This document shows positions 50,138-59,118 of a stretch of DNA of 64,000 bases, piece by piece. The stretch covers positions 160,001 to 224,000 of the forward strand of contig JAHPZH010000006.1 in NCBI GenBank assembly GCA_019058315.1, read 5' to 3'. The notes below the pieces were generated by a model. The model did not search any database. It had not been told where the DNA came from and saw nothing but the letters and a program-made list of their open reading frames with translations. Each line of letters opens with the position of its first letter. Positions within the stretch are counted from its first letter, which is position 1. The position numbers were made by a program, and so were the translations under genes. Source of the DNA: Candidatus Helarchaeota archaeon. Lineage in GTDB: Archaea > Asgardarchaeota > Lokiarchaeia > Helarchaeales > RDOG01.

Positions 50138-50599
50138 TTGGAAAAAGAATACGAAATTGATGAATTAGACCGACAAATCATAAGAATATTATCAAATGAC
50201 TCAAAAACTAATTATCGAGAGATATCTAAAACGTTGGGAACAAGTTTAGGAACTGTTCATAACAGAATTAATAACTTAAAAGAAAACAATATAATTAAAA
50301 AATTTAGTGTTGATGTTGATACATTTAAACTGGGATATAAGATAACTGCTATTATTCTTATGCAAATAGAAGGTAAACATATTCAACAAATAGAAGAAAA
50401 GTTATCCAAGGAACCTAATATCTATAATATTTATGATACAACAGGGGAATGGGATTGTATCATTACCGTTAAATTCAAAAAAATGGAAGATCTAAATGAA
50501 TTCCTAAAAAAAATTAATAAGATGGATCATATTAAACGAACTATTACATCTATTTGTTTAAATGTTATCAAAGAGAATTCATTTCTTCCAACAAAATAA
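50138..50599 (+). CDS. Lrp/AsnC (FFRP) transcriptional regulator
   Basis: IDELDRQIIRIL, HTH (GTVHNRINNL), IYDTTGEWD RAM domain. Confidence 0.95.
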   Translation: MEKEYEIDELDRQIIRILSNDSKTNYREISKTLGTSLGTVHNRINNLKENNIIKKFSVDVDTFKLGYKITAIILMQIEGKHIQQIEEKLSKEPNIYNIYDTTGEWDCIITVKFKKMEDLNEFLKKINKMDHIKRTITSICLNVIKENSFLPTK

Positions 50600-50650
50600 A
50601 TAAGATTTATTATTGAGTAGTTTTAAGAATTTTTTTTAGGTAAAAATTAA

Positions 50651-51460
50651 ATGAAAATTAAAAGTTTTGAAGGTTTAGCAACAATTAAATTAATTTTAGC
50701 TATTAGTTCTCTTTCTATATCATTATTTCATATTATTATACCAGTCAATATTGATCCTTTAATGAGTTTATTTTATTGGGTTGGTGGTGGTGTGTATATT
50801 ATAACTGATTTATTATTTTTAATTACTATTAAAGATGATAATTTAGATGGAATGAATGTTTCATTCATTTTTGATTTAATTATCTGGACAATACTAATGT
50901 GGGGTATCATTCGTCATATAATGGATGCAAGTGTGGGTGAAATGGACTATTATAGCGAATTTCTAACACCTGAGGGAAGTTATAGTATAATACAAGGATT
51001 TTATTTGGCTCAACTTATTTTAATTATTATTTCTTTTTGTTTAGGATTTGGTATTTCAATAGTAAAAAATTTAAGAGAAATTGGAATATCGAGAAAAATA
51101 AAAAGATTTTGTCCTAATTGCCACCAAAAAATCTTTGGGGAAAGTAATTTTTGTAAAAAATGTGGATTAAATTTCGAGATTTATGAAGTTATAGTATACG
51201 ATGGTAAATATGATTTAATAGAATGCCCAAAATGTAATGAATTAATTGAATATATAGAAGATTTTTGTCCTAATTGTGAGGTAGCATTAGACCTTTGTGT
51301 ATTTTGTAAGAAATTTATAAAAGATGAAGATGAAACGATTAAATGTCCAAAATGTAATTCAAATTTTCATAAAAATGAATTAATTAAATGGGTTAGAGAA
51401 AAAAAAGCATGCCCTTTTTGTTATAAAGATATTAGTCTAGATTTACAAGAAAAACTATAA
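50651..51460 (+). CDS. Four-TM membrane protein with double zinc ribbons and a C-terminal RING-like finger
   Basis: CPNC..FCKKC, CPKC..FCPNC, CVFC..CPKC...FHKNE..W...CPFC. Confidence 0.78.
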   Translation: MKIKSFEGLATIKLILAISSLSISLFHIIIPVNIDPLMSLFYWVGGGVYIITDLLFLITIKDDNLDGMNVSFIFDLIIWTILMWGIIRHIMDASVGEMDYYSEFLTPEGSYSIIQGFYLAQLILIIISFCLGFGISIVKNLREIGISRKIKRFCPNCHQKIFGESNFCKKCGLNFEIYEVIVYDGKYDLIECPKCNELIEYIEDFCPNCEVALDLCVFCKKFIKDEDETIKCPKCNSNFHKNELIKWVREKKACPFCYKDISLDLQEKL

Positions 51461-51506
51461 AATAATAAGAATTATTTAAAATATTTGAAATCCTTTGAAT
51501 TTTTTT

Positions 51507-51598
51507 TATTTGGTGGGTAAAGCCCCATATCAAACTGGAAGTGAATTTTTAATTAATATGATAAAAATAATTGGAGCTTTACCTTTCACCTAAAAATA
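51507..51598 (-). other. GC-rich stem-loop between convergent genes (terminator or 3'-UTR structured RNA)
   Basis: On the minus strand GGUAAAGCUCCA pairs with UGGGGCUUUACC (12 bp, one G.U), plus outer GGUG/CACC and inner UAUCA/UGAUA. Confidence 0.55.
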
Positions 51599-51605
51599 AC
51601 ACCTT

Positions 51606-52418
51606 TTAAATTGGTTTTGCAGTATAATAAGCTGCATATGGACGATGAGATCCTGGAATTATTTTATAAAATGATTTCTCCCAGATAAATTCTTGATTTA
51701 TATTAAAAATTTCACAATATTCTTTTATAATCGGTTGCAAAATTTGGTGATCTTCTTCTGAAAGTGTGTTTTTGACGGTTCCGATTCCTAAATAATTTTC
51801 TGGAACTTCTCCTCTTATATATATCTTTCCACCATGAATACCACTTGCTAAATTAGGTGATATAAAATTTTCAAAATTTGAGATTTTTGAATTCTCATAT
51901 TTGAGACCTAAAGCTATTAAAATCCCACCTGCCATGTATTCTCCAAAAAATTCCTTTGCTTTTCCACCAATTACTATTATTGGTATTTGATCCTGGTATT
52001 CCTTCATATGTATTCCAATACGATATCCTGCATTTCCTTTTACGAATATTTTCCCCCCTCTCATTGATAAACCTGCTACATCACGGCAATCTCCTTCCAC
52101 GATAATTGTTCCACTATTCATTGTGTTTCCTATTTGGTCTTCCGCATTACCTTTAACTATAATTTTTGGTCCATCCATAAATATTCCTAAATCATTACCA
52201 GGGACTCCATGAATCTCTAATTCTATTGGATCTTTTTCAGAACATTCTAAACCTGCACCAATGAAGCGTTGACCACAAACATCTAATAATTTAATCAATT
52301 TGTGACCATTATTAACTGATTCTTTAATCAAAGAGTTTAACTTCTTGTAAGATAATGGAGTTTTGTCTTTTCTAGCATTAATTGTATGCCAATCTGAAAT
52401 TTTTTTAGTCTCCAGCAT
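51606..52418 (-). CDS. Glutamate synthase domain 3 (GXGXG beta-helix) subunit
   Basis: GQRFIG, GVPGNDLG, GNTMNSG, MRGG, GYRIGIHMK, GEYMAGG, GIHGG. Confidence 0.93.
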   Translation of the reverse strand: MLETKKISDWHTINARKDKTPLSYKKLNSLIKESVNNGHKLIKLLDVCGQRFIGAGLECSEKDPIELEIHGVPGNDLGIFMDGPKIIVKGNAEDQIGNTMNSGTIIVEGDCRDVAGLSMRGGKIFVKGNAGYRIGIHMKEYQDQIPIIVIGGKAKEFFGEYMAGGILIALGLKYENSKISNFENFISPNLASGIHGGKIYIRGEVPENYLGIGTVKNTLSEEDHQILQPIIKEYCEIFNINQEFIWEKSFYKIIPGSHRPYAAYYTAKPI

Positions 52419-53928
52419 GTTTTACACCTAAAATTTCTGCTATTTTTGGATTTGAACCAACATATCTTAATCTATCTCTATTCCCTTTTAGGCTTTCAAC
52501 TGAATCAATTCCTAAAGCACCTAAGATCTCTCTTAATTCTTCATTCCATGCTTTAAAAAGATTTGTTATTCGTTTTGCTGAAACATCAACATCTAATCTA
52601 TGAACTAAATCTGCCCTTTGAGTAGCAATGCCCCATGTACATAAACCTCTATGACAACTCTGACAAACTGTACATCCCATTGCAATCAAAACAGGTGTAC
52701 ATACTTGAGCGGCATCTGCCCCCAAAGCTATTATCTTAACTAAATCTGCAGAATAACGAATACTACCTCCTGCAAATAAAGTGATATTTTGTCTAATACC
52801 CTCTTCTCTTAATCTTTGATCTACAGCCGCAATGGCTAGCTCAATAGGAATACCAGCATGATCACGAATTATTCTAGGGGCTGCTCCAGTTCCTCCTCTA
52901 AAACCATCTATGGTTATAAAATCTGCGTCTGCTCTGGCGATTCCACTAGAGATTGGGGCTACATTATGAACCGCTGCGATCTTAACTCCTACAGGTACTT
53001 GATAATCTGTTGTTTCCTTTAAGGCAGCAATTAATTGAGCTAGATCTTCTATAGAATAAATGTCATGATGTGGATATGGAGATAAAGCATCAGATCCTTG
53101 AGGAATCATTCTTGTTTCGGAAATCATTTTAGAAACTTTTTCTCCAGGAAGGTGACCACCATGACCTGGCTTTGCTCCTTGACCTATTTTAATTTCTAAT
53201 GCCGCAACTTCTTTAAGATATCTATTATCTACTCCAAAACGACCGGAAGCAACTTCACTGATAACATTATCTTTATATTGAAAGAAATCTTTATGCAATC
53301 CTCCTTCTCCAGTACCAGCTAGGGTACCAATTCTTTTTGCAGCTTTCAAAATAGAAAGACAAGCATTATAACTAATTGAACCTATCGACATATGCCCAAC
53401 AATTATTGGTGTCTGAATTTCTATATTTGGAGGATATTCTAAAGCTAGAACTACATCTCTTAAGTCAGTTTCAAATTCTAATTGTGATAATTTTTTCCCA
53501 ACAAATACTTTTGTTTCTACTGGTTCTCTAAGTGGATCTATTGCGGGATTTGTAACTTGACAAGCATCCATTAATAGATCATCAAATACGTGATGATATG
53601 CCAAATCATTTCCTGTCGATGCTAATAATACTCCCCCAGTGCCTGATTGTTCAAATATTATACGTCTAATTCTATCATTATAATTATAATGAGGTGCATA
53701 TTGTACATCATTCACTCTTACTGTTATAGCACTTTGAGGGCACATTAAAGCACAACGTTGACACATAACACATTCATAATTATCAGCAACAATACGTTCT
53801 CCATTAAACGAGAGTGCTCCATAAGAACAATTGATTGTACATCTTTTACATAAAATACATCGTTCTCTATCAATATTGACAAGAAATTTTGGAGGTACTC
53901 TATGTCTGATGTTAGATTCTAAAGCCAT
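52405..53928 (-). CDS. Glutamate synthase FMN domain subunit with N-terminal 2x[4Fe-4S] ferredoxin
   Basis: CILCKRC..C, CVMCQRC..CP, EIKIGQGAKPGHGGHLPGEKV, PHHDIYSIEDL, DGFRGGTGAAP, CTVCQSCHRGLC. Confidence 0.96.
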   Translation of the reverse strand: MALESNIRHRVPPKFLVNIDRERCILCKRCTINCSYGALSFNGERIVADNYECVMCQRCALMCPQSAITVRVNDVQYAPHYNYNDRIRRIIFEQSGTGGVLLASTGNDLAYHHVFDDLLMDACQVTNPAIDPLREPVETKVFVGKKLSQLEFETDLRDVVLALEYPPNIEIQTPIIVGHMSIGSISYNACLSILKAAKRIGTLAGTGEGGLHKDFFQYKDNVISEVASGRFGVDNRYLKEVAALEIKIGQGAKPGHGGHLPGEKVSKMISETRMIPQGSDALSPYPHHDIYSIEDLAQLIAALKETTDYQVPVGVKIAAVHNVAPISSGIARADADFITIDGFRGGTGAAPRIIRDHAGIPIELAIAAVDQRLREEGIRQNITLFAGGSIRYSADLVKIIALGADAAQVCTPVLIAMGCTVCQSCHRGLCTWGIATQRADLVHRLDVDVSAKRITNLFKAWNEELREILGALGIDSVESLKGNRDRLRYVGSNPKIAEILGVKHAGD

Positions 53929-53943
53929 ATTTTCACCTATTTA

Positions 53944-55098
53944 TTAACTTCCTTGAAAATTCATTGGCAATAAATTTCTTTGATTACCAACCGAAATAAT
54001 CCCTTTACCAAGTTCTGCAATTACGGGTACCCCTGCAGTTGGTTCCCAAATTCTTTCTATTCCATTTGCAACATGTTTTATAGCACTTTCTTCACTGCTT
54101 ATATAAACAATATTTTGATCCTCAGATAGTCCTGCGATTAATGGACGTAATTTCTTCCGATCTGTTAATCCAATTATTGAAGGAACAGGTCTATTACAAC
54201 CCACTAGAATACTGAATGGACCATTTAGCATTGCAGAACCGTAATTGACTCGTAACAATTTAAAAATATTTTGATATCCATTTGTCATTCTAGTAATTTC
54301 GTCATAATAAGGTGGGGCTACAATATTACAAGCCATCAATTTGGATAATCTATGCTTTCTTGTTAATAAATCGAATAGATAAGCTACAACTTCAGTGTCT
54401 GTTAATAATCTGCATTTATATCCCCACATTTCCAAATATCTTTTATTAGTTCCATAAGAAGTTATTTCTCCATTGTGCACAACAGAATAATCAAGAATAT
54501 TAAATGGATGAGCTCCTCCCCACCAACCTGGCGTATTTGTTGGAAAGCGAGAATGACCTAACCAAAGGTAACCCTTATAACGTTCAATTTGATAAAAATC
54601 TGCAATATCAGCTGACCAGCCGTTTCCTTTAAATACGACCATATTTTTACCACTAGATAAACAAAAAGCACCATTAATTTCGGAATTTATATACATCACT
54701 ACATCGACAATGAAATCATCAGGATTACTCATTTTCGGAGAAACATCAATAAAATATCGCCAAATAATGGGTGCAGGAGAAATATTATTTGATACTGGAC
54801 ATTTTTCATCTTTAATAATGTCCACTACTGTTTTCAAATATTCTTCTACATTATTTTTAGCAATTAAATCATCTAATAATAGTTGTATACAGTATAGATC
54901 TTGAAGATTAGGCCACACTCCATAAACAGCATAACCACCACCTAATCCATTTTCTCGATCTTTTAAAACTGACATCATCCTCTTAACTTTTACTCCACTT
55001 TCAAGTTTTCCATCAATATTTAAAAAACCTGCAATTCCACATGCATCAAAAATTTTATCATCCTTTCGTTCTGGCATATTTGCAAAAGAAATCTTCAT
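53944..55098 (-). CDS. Glutamate synthase amidotransferase (class II GATase) subunit
   Basis: ACGIAG, RENGLGGG, HSRFPTNT, AHPF, HNGEI, TDTEV, DRKKLRP. Confidence 0.94.
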   Translation of the reverse strand: MKISFANMPERKDDKIFDACGIAGFLNIDGKLESGVKVKRMMSVLKDRENGLGGGYAVYGVWPNLQDLYCIQLLLDDLIAKNNVEEYLKTVVDIIKDEKCPVSNNISPAPIIWRYFIDVSPKMSNPDDFIVDVVMYINSEINGAFCLSSGKNMVVFKGNGWSADIADFYQIERYKGYLWLGHSRFPTNTPGWWGGAHPFNILDYSVVHNGEITSYGTNKRYLEMWGYKCRLLTDTEVVAYLFDLLTRKHRLSKLMACNIVAPPYYDEITRMTNGYQNIFKLLRVNYGSAMLNGPFSILVGCNRPVPSIIGLTDRKKLRPLIAGLSEDQNIVYISSEESAIKHVANGIERIWEPTAGVPVIAELGKGIISVGNQRNLLPMNFQGS

Positions 55099-56423
55099 GT
55101 TTCCACATCCGTATCTGATTTTTTATGAATTAATTTTTTCAAATCATCAATACCATCCATTAAATCAATAGAAAGATCTAATTTTTTTCTTTGGCTTAAT
55201 ATCTTTCCAGTTGCTATTCCTTCTTTAAGGAATTTTTTAGATTCTGAAGTAATAGATTGAGGTCCATAACCTAATTTTATAGCCAAATTTCTTAATTTTG
55301 TAAAAAAATGCGCGAGTCCCATTCTTTGAGGACATTTTTCTAAACAAGAATAACAATTTAAGCAGTACCAGATTCCATCGCTTTTAATTGCTTCTTCAAT
55401 TTTACCATCTATGATTAAATCAACGTATTTAAGGGGATCAAATTCAAGTATACTTACCAAAGAACAATCTTGAGAACAAGCTCTACATTTTGCACAATTT
55501 TTTAAAAGATCCAATCTGAAATTTTCAGAATTAATTTGTATTTCTTGTTTAGGTGTAAAATCGCTTAGTTTAAAGTCAGCTTTAATTTTATGTTGTTTTA
55601 ATAAATTATCGATTTCATCTATTCCTAAAGCCATTGCTATGATTTCTGATAGATGAAGAACAGGTATAGAAACTTCAAAATTATTTTTTTGTAATTTAAG
55701 TTGCCCAATTTCAAATTGAAGAAAACAATATGGGCATAAAACTGCTATACAATCTGCACCTGCGTTTTTAATATTGGATATCTTTTTAGTTATTGATTTA
55801 AAAGAATCCATTTCATCAATGAAATTTAGGCTACCACCGCAACACATATCTTTACCCTCATAATCGACATTTTTAGCTCCTAGTGTCGTCAATATTTTCT
55901 CGATTGATCGTGGTCTGCGGTGATCATCGAATTCCACAATATTTGATGGTCTGATTAAATGACATCCATAATGAGTAGCAATTTTAAGATCGCTTAAATC
56001 AAGAGTTACTTGCTGTTCAAGCCTTTTTAAGCCTATATCACGTAGAATTAATTCATGAAGATGCTTGATCTTAACTTTTCCTTTGAAATTAAGATCTAAT
56101 TTATCTAATTCTAGATTAATTTTATTTAATAAATTACTATCTTCTTTTAATAATGTTGAGACTTTTCGAAAAGTACTATAACAACCATTACAAATTGTAA
56201 ATATATCTAGATTTAAACTTTCAGCAATTGCTAAATTCCTAGCTGCTGTTAAAATCCATAATTCTTCGTTATAACTTTGTAAACCTTGTGGATCTGGACA
56301 ACATGTGAATTCTTTTGGTTCCCTTAATTTAATATTAAACCTATTTGCTACTAACCTCATCGATTTTTCGATATAAGGAAAACGATATGTAATTAAACAT
56401 CCAGGATAAAAAATCATTTCCAA
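55095..56423 (-). CDS. Heterodisulfide reductase-like HdrB-HdrC fusion
   Basis: Two CCG domains (YPGC...CCP...CNGC; HYGCH...CCGG...CPYC) followed by CAKCRACSQDC and WYCLNCYSCLEKCP. Confidence 0.88.
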   Translation of the reverse strand: MEMIFYPGCLITYRFPYIEKSMRLVANRFNIKLREPKEFTCCPDPQGLQSYNEELWILTAARNLAIAESLNLDIFTICNGCYSTFRKVSTLLKEDSNLLNKINLELDKLDLNFKGKVKIKHLHELILRDIGLKRLEQQVTLDLSDLKIATHYGCHLIRPSNIVEFDDHRRPRSIEKILTTLGAKNVDYEGKDMCCGGSLNFIDEMDSFKSITKKISNIKNAGADCIAVLCPYCFLQFEIGQLKLQKNNFEVSIPVLHLSEIIAMALGIDEIDNLLKQHKIKADFKLSDFTPKQEIQINSENFRLDLLKNCAKCRACSQDCSLVSILEFDPLKYVDLIIDGKIEEAIKSDGIWYCLNCYSCLEKCPQRMGLAHFFTKLRNLAIKLGYGPQSITSESKKFLKEGIATGKILSQRKKLDLSIDLMDGIDDLKKLIHKKSDTDVET

Positions 56424-56844
56424 TATATATTGCTTCCAGTTTAATTGATCATAGTTATTACGAGAAACTTCAAATAATAATCTTTTTCGTCATTTTTGAT
56501 ACCTTTTTACTTAAAAATAATATTTTATTTTGTATATTAAGTCGGTTAACTTAGATAAATGTGACAATATATTAGGCAAAAAATACCATAATATACAAAA
56601 TTAATGATGACAATAATCAATTCTTTACATAATATTATTTTGTAAAATTTCCTCTTTACTTTTTGATAAATATGCTACTTTATGATATAAATAGTGACAC
56701 TATGCCTCAAATAAAATTAATAAATGATAAATAATAACTTAATATTAAACATAAAAAAAAGTGAACAAAAGAATTAAAAACTATTATATTACTGAACATA
56801 TATTCAAAAGAATTAAGAAAAACAATAAAGTTAGGTGTTTGAAA

Positions 56845-58308
56845 ATGCAAATAATTGAGACTGTTGAATCGATTAAGAAAAAACTAACAGATAATAATAT
56901 AAATTGGGTACTTTGTGCAATGACCGATATCCGAGGGATTTTCCAAAGTTTCAGCTCACCTGTTGAAAAATTTTTAGAAGATGATCAATATTTTGAAACA
57001 GGAATAGGATTTGATGGCTCTTCAATTCGAGGTTTTAAATCAATTGATGAAAGTGATATGATATTCTTCCCAGATCCAAATGGTGTTTATATACTTCCTT
57101 GGGTGAATGGAGAAACTAGAAGTGCTGTAATAATTGGAGATATTAGAGAACCATTTGGAAGTGATCAGGCATCAGATGTGGATCCAAGAGGTTTTGTGTC
57201 AAAAAATGCAGTAAAATTAGCAAAAAGTATGGGATATACATCATACTTTGGACCAGAGATTGAATTCTTTGTATTTAAGTCAATAAATCCATCAAAACTA
57301 CAATATGACTATTTTGTTTCGCCTAATGGCGGTTCTTCGGATAGCTGGGGACCACCCCGAATAGTACCAGAGTCACCTGATGCGACACCAGGTGGTTATA
57401 TTCTGCGACCTAAGGAAGCATATTTTAGAAACCCTCCTGAAGATACAACGCATGATTTTAGAAATGATTTTGCAAATGCATTGATAAAAATGGGATATCA
57501 AATTGAAATGTCTCACCATGAAGTTGCTTCACATGGTCAAGTTGAGATCAATTTCAAATATGGTGATTTAGTTCAAACAGCGGATCGTGTCCAAATTTAT
57601 AAATTTGCGGCTAGAAATATAGCAAAAAAATACGGTTGGATAGCTACATTTATGCCTAAACCAATTTATCTCGATAATGCGAGTGGTATGCATGTTCACA
57701 ACTCTCTTTTCAACAATGGAACAAATGTATTCTATGATCCTAATGATAATTATGCAGAGATAAGCCAAGAATGTCGATATTATATTGGTGGGTTATTAGA
57801 ACACGCAAAAGCTTTGACAGCTCTTTGTTGTCCTACAGTAAATTCTTACAAGAGATTAGTTCCAGGATTTGAAGCACCAATAAATGTAATGTACAGTAGA
57901 AGAAATAGGTCTGCTCTGGTGAGAATTCCTGTCTATCTAAAGGGTGAAAAATATCAAAAAAGGAAAAGAGTTGAATATAGAGGTGTAGACCCATCTACTA
58001 ATTCCTATCTAGCCTTTGCTGCTATTTTGACAGCAGGTTTGGATGGCATCAAGAAGAAAATTGATCCTGGAGATCCTGTAGATGAAGATGTGTACGAAAT
58101 GACTACTGAAGAAAAAAATGCACATGGAGTAAACCAACTGCCTACAACTCTTAAAGATGCATTGGATGAGTTGTCAACAGACGAAGTTCTACAAAAAGCA
58201 TTAGGTAGTCACGTCTATGATGCTTTTATAGACTATAAAACAAACGAATGGAATCAATTTTGTCTCTATGTTACTCCTTGGGAAATAATGAAATACTTGG
58301 ATTACTAA
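56845..58308 (+). CDS. glnA: Type I glutamine synthetase (likely start ATG 56845 after AGGTG, not GTG 56761)
   Basis: FDGSSIRGF, GPEIEFF, HHEVA, ATFMPKP, SGMHVH, NSYKRLVPGFEAP, NRSA, RVEYR. Confidence 0.97.
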   Translation: MQIIETVESIKKKLTDNNINWVLCAMTDIRGIFQSFSSPVEKFLEDDQYFETGIGFDGSSIRGFKSIDESDMIFFPDPNGVYILPWVNGETRSAVIIGDIREPFGSDQASDVDPRGFVSKNAVKLAKSMGYTSYFGPEIEFFVFKSINPSKLQYDYFVSPNGGSSDSWGPPRIVPESPDATPGGYILRPKEAYFRNPPEDTTHDFRNDFANALIKMGYQIEMSHHEVASHGQVEINFKYGDLVQTADRVQIYKFAARNIAKKYGWIATFMPKPIYLDNASGMHVHNSLFNNGTNVFYDPNDNYAEISQECRYYIGGLLEHAKALTALCCPTVNSYKRLVPGFEAPINVMYSRRNRSALVRIPVYLKGEKYQKRKRVEYRGVDPSTNSYLAFAAILTAGLDGIKKKIDPGDPVDEDVYEMTTEEKNAHGVNQLPTTLKDALDELSTDEVLQKALGSHVYDAFIDYKTNEWNQFCLYVTPWEIMKYLDY

Positions 58309-58329
58309 TTTCTTTTTTTTTTCGGTTGA

Positions 58330-59073
58330 TTGATGATGTCGACCCCTCAAAAAAATTTAAAAAATAAAATCAAAAATCCAATCTTAATTTTAAAAAATAA
58401 TGAGAATGAGGGGCCTGGATTAATAAAAATTTTTTTTGAAGAAAATAATATTGATTATGAAATCAAAGAATTTTACCAAAATGATGAGGAATTAAATTTA
58501 GATTCATTTTCTGCTTATATTATTCTTGGAGGTCCCATGAGTGCCAATGATGATCTACCATTCATAAATAAAGAAATCAAACTTATCCAAGAAATTATTC
58601 ATAGAAATATTCCATTTCTTGGTATATGTTTAGGAAGTCAACTACTTGCAAAAAGTGGTGGAGCTTTTGTAAAAATAAATGGAATAAAAGAAATTGGTGT
58701 TTATAATGTTTTCTTAACTTCCATGGGAATAGAATGTCCTCTTTTTAAAGATATAAAAAATCCTATAAAGGTATTTCAATGGCATGGGGAAACTTTCTCA
58801 ATTCCTCCTTTAGGAAAATGGCTTGCAACTTCTGAAACTTGTAAAAATCAAGCAGTTCAGCTTGGAAATGCCTTTGGTTTGCAATTTCATCTTGAATTTA
58901 CCCCGAAAATGGTGAAACAAATAATTGATCAAAATATCCATGAATTCAACAATGATAAAGAAATTGTAGATATTTTAAATCAATTTGAAAAGTATTATCC
59001 AGAAATAAAGGATTTGGGATATAAATTAATCCAAAATTTTTTGAAGATAATAAATAAACCATTTAATACTTGA
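58330..59073 (+). CDS. Class I glutamine amidotransferase
   Basis: LGGPM, GICLGSQL, QWHGE, LQFHLE. Confidence 0.92.
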   Translation: MMMSTPQKNLKNKIKNPILILKNNENEGPGLIKIFFEENNIDYEIKEFYQNDEELNLDSFSAYIILGGPMSANDDLPFINKEIKLIQEIIHRNIPFLGICLGSQLLAKSGGAFVKINGIKEIGVYNVFLTSMGIECPLFKDIKNPIKVFQWHGETFSIPPLGKWLATSETCKNQAVQLGNAFGLQFHLEFTPKMVKQIIDQNIHEFNNDKEIVDILNQFEKYYPEIKDLGYKLIQNFLKIINKPFNT

Positions 59074-59118
59074 ATTTAGAGGCTTTATTGATTTTATATG
59101 TTTATAACCTGAATAAAG

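Noticed and set aside
51507-51598. Hairpin as a SECIS element, implying selenoproteins
   Set aside because: No properly spaced AUGA/GA core or GAA/A motif, and no in-frame TGA at a Cys position in the neighbouring genes, including hdrBC
56761-56844. N-terminal extension of GlnA from GTG 56761
   Set aside because: The region contains promoter-like elements, and the RBS AGGTG precedes ATG 56845
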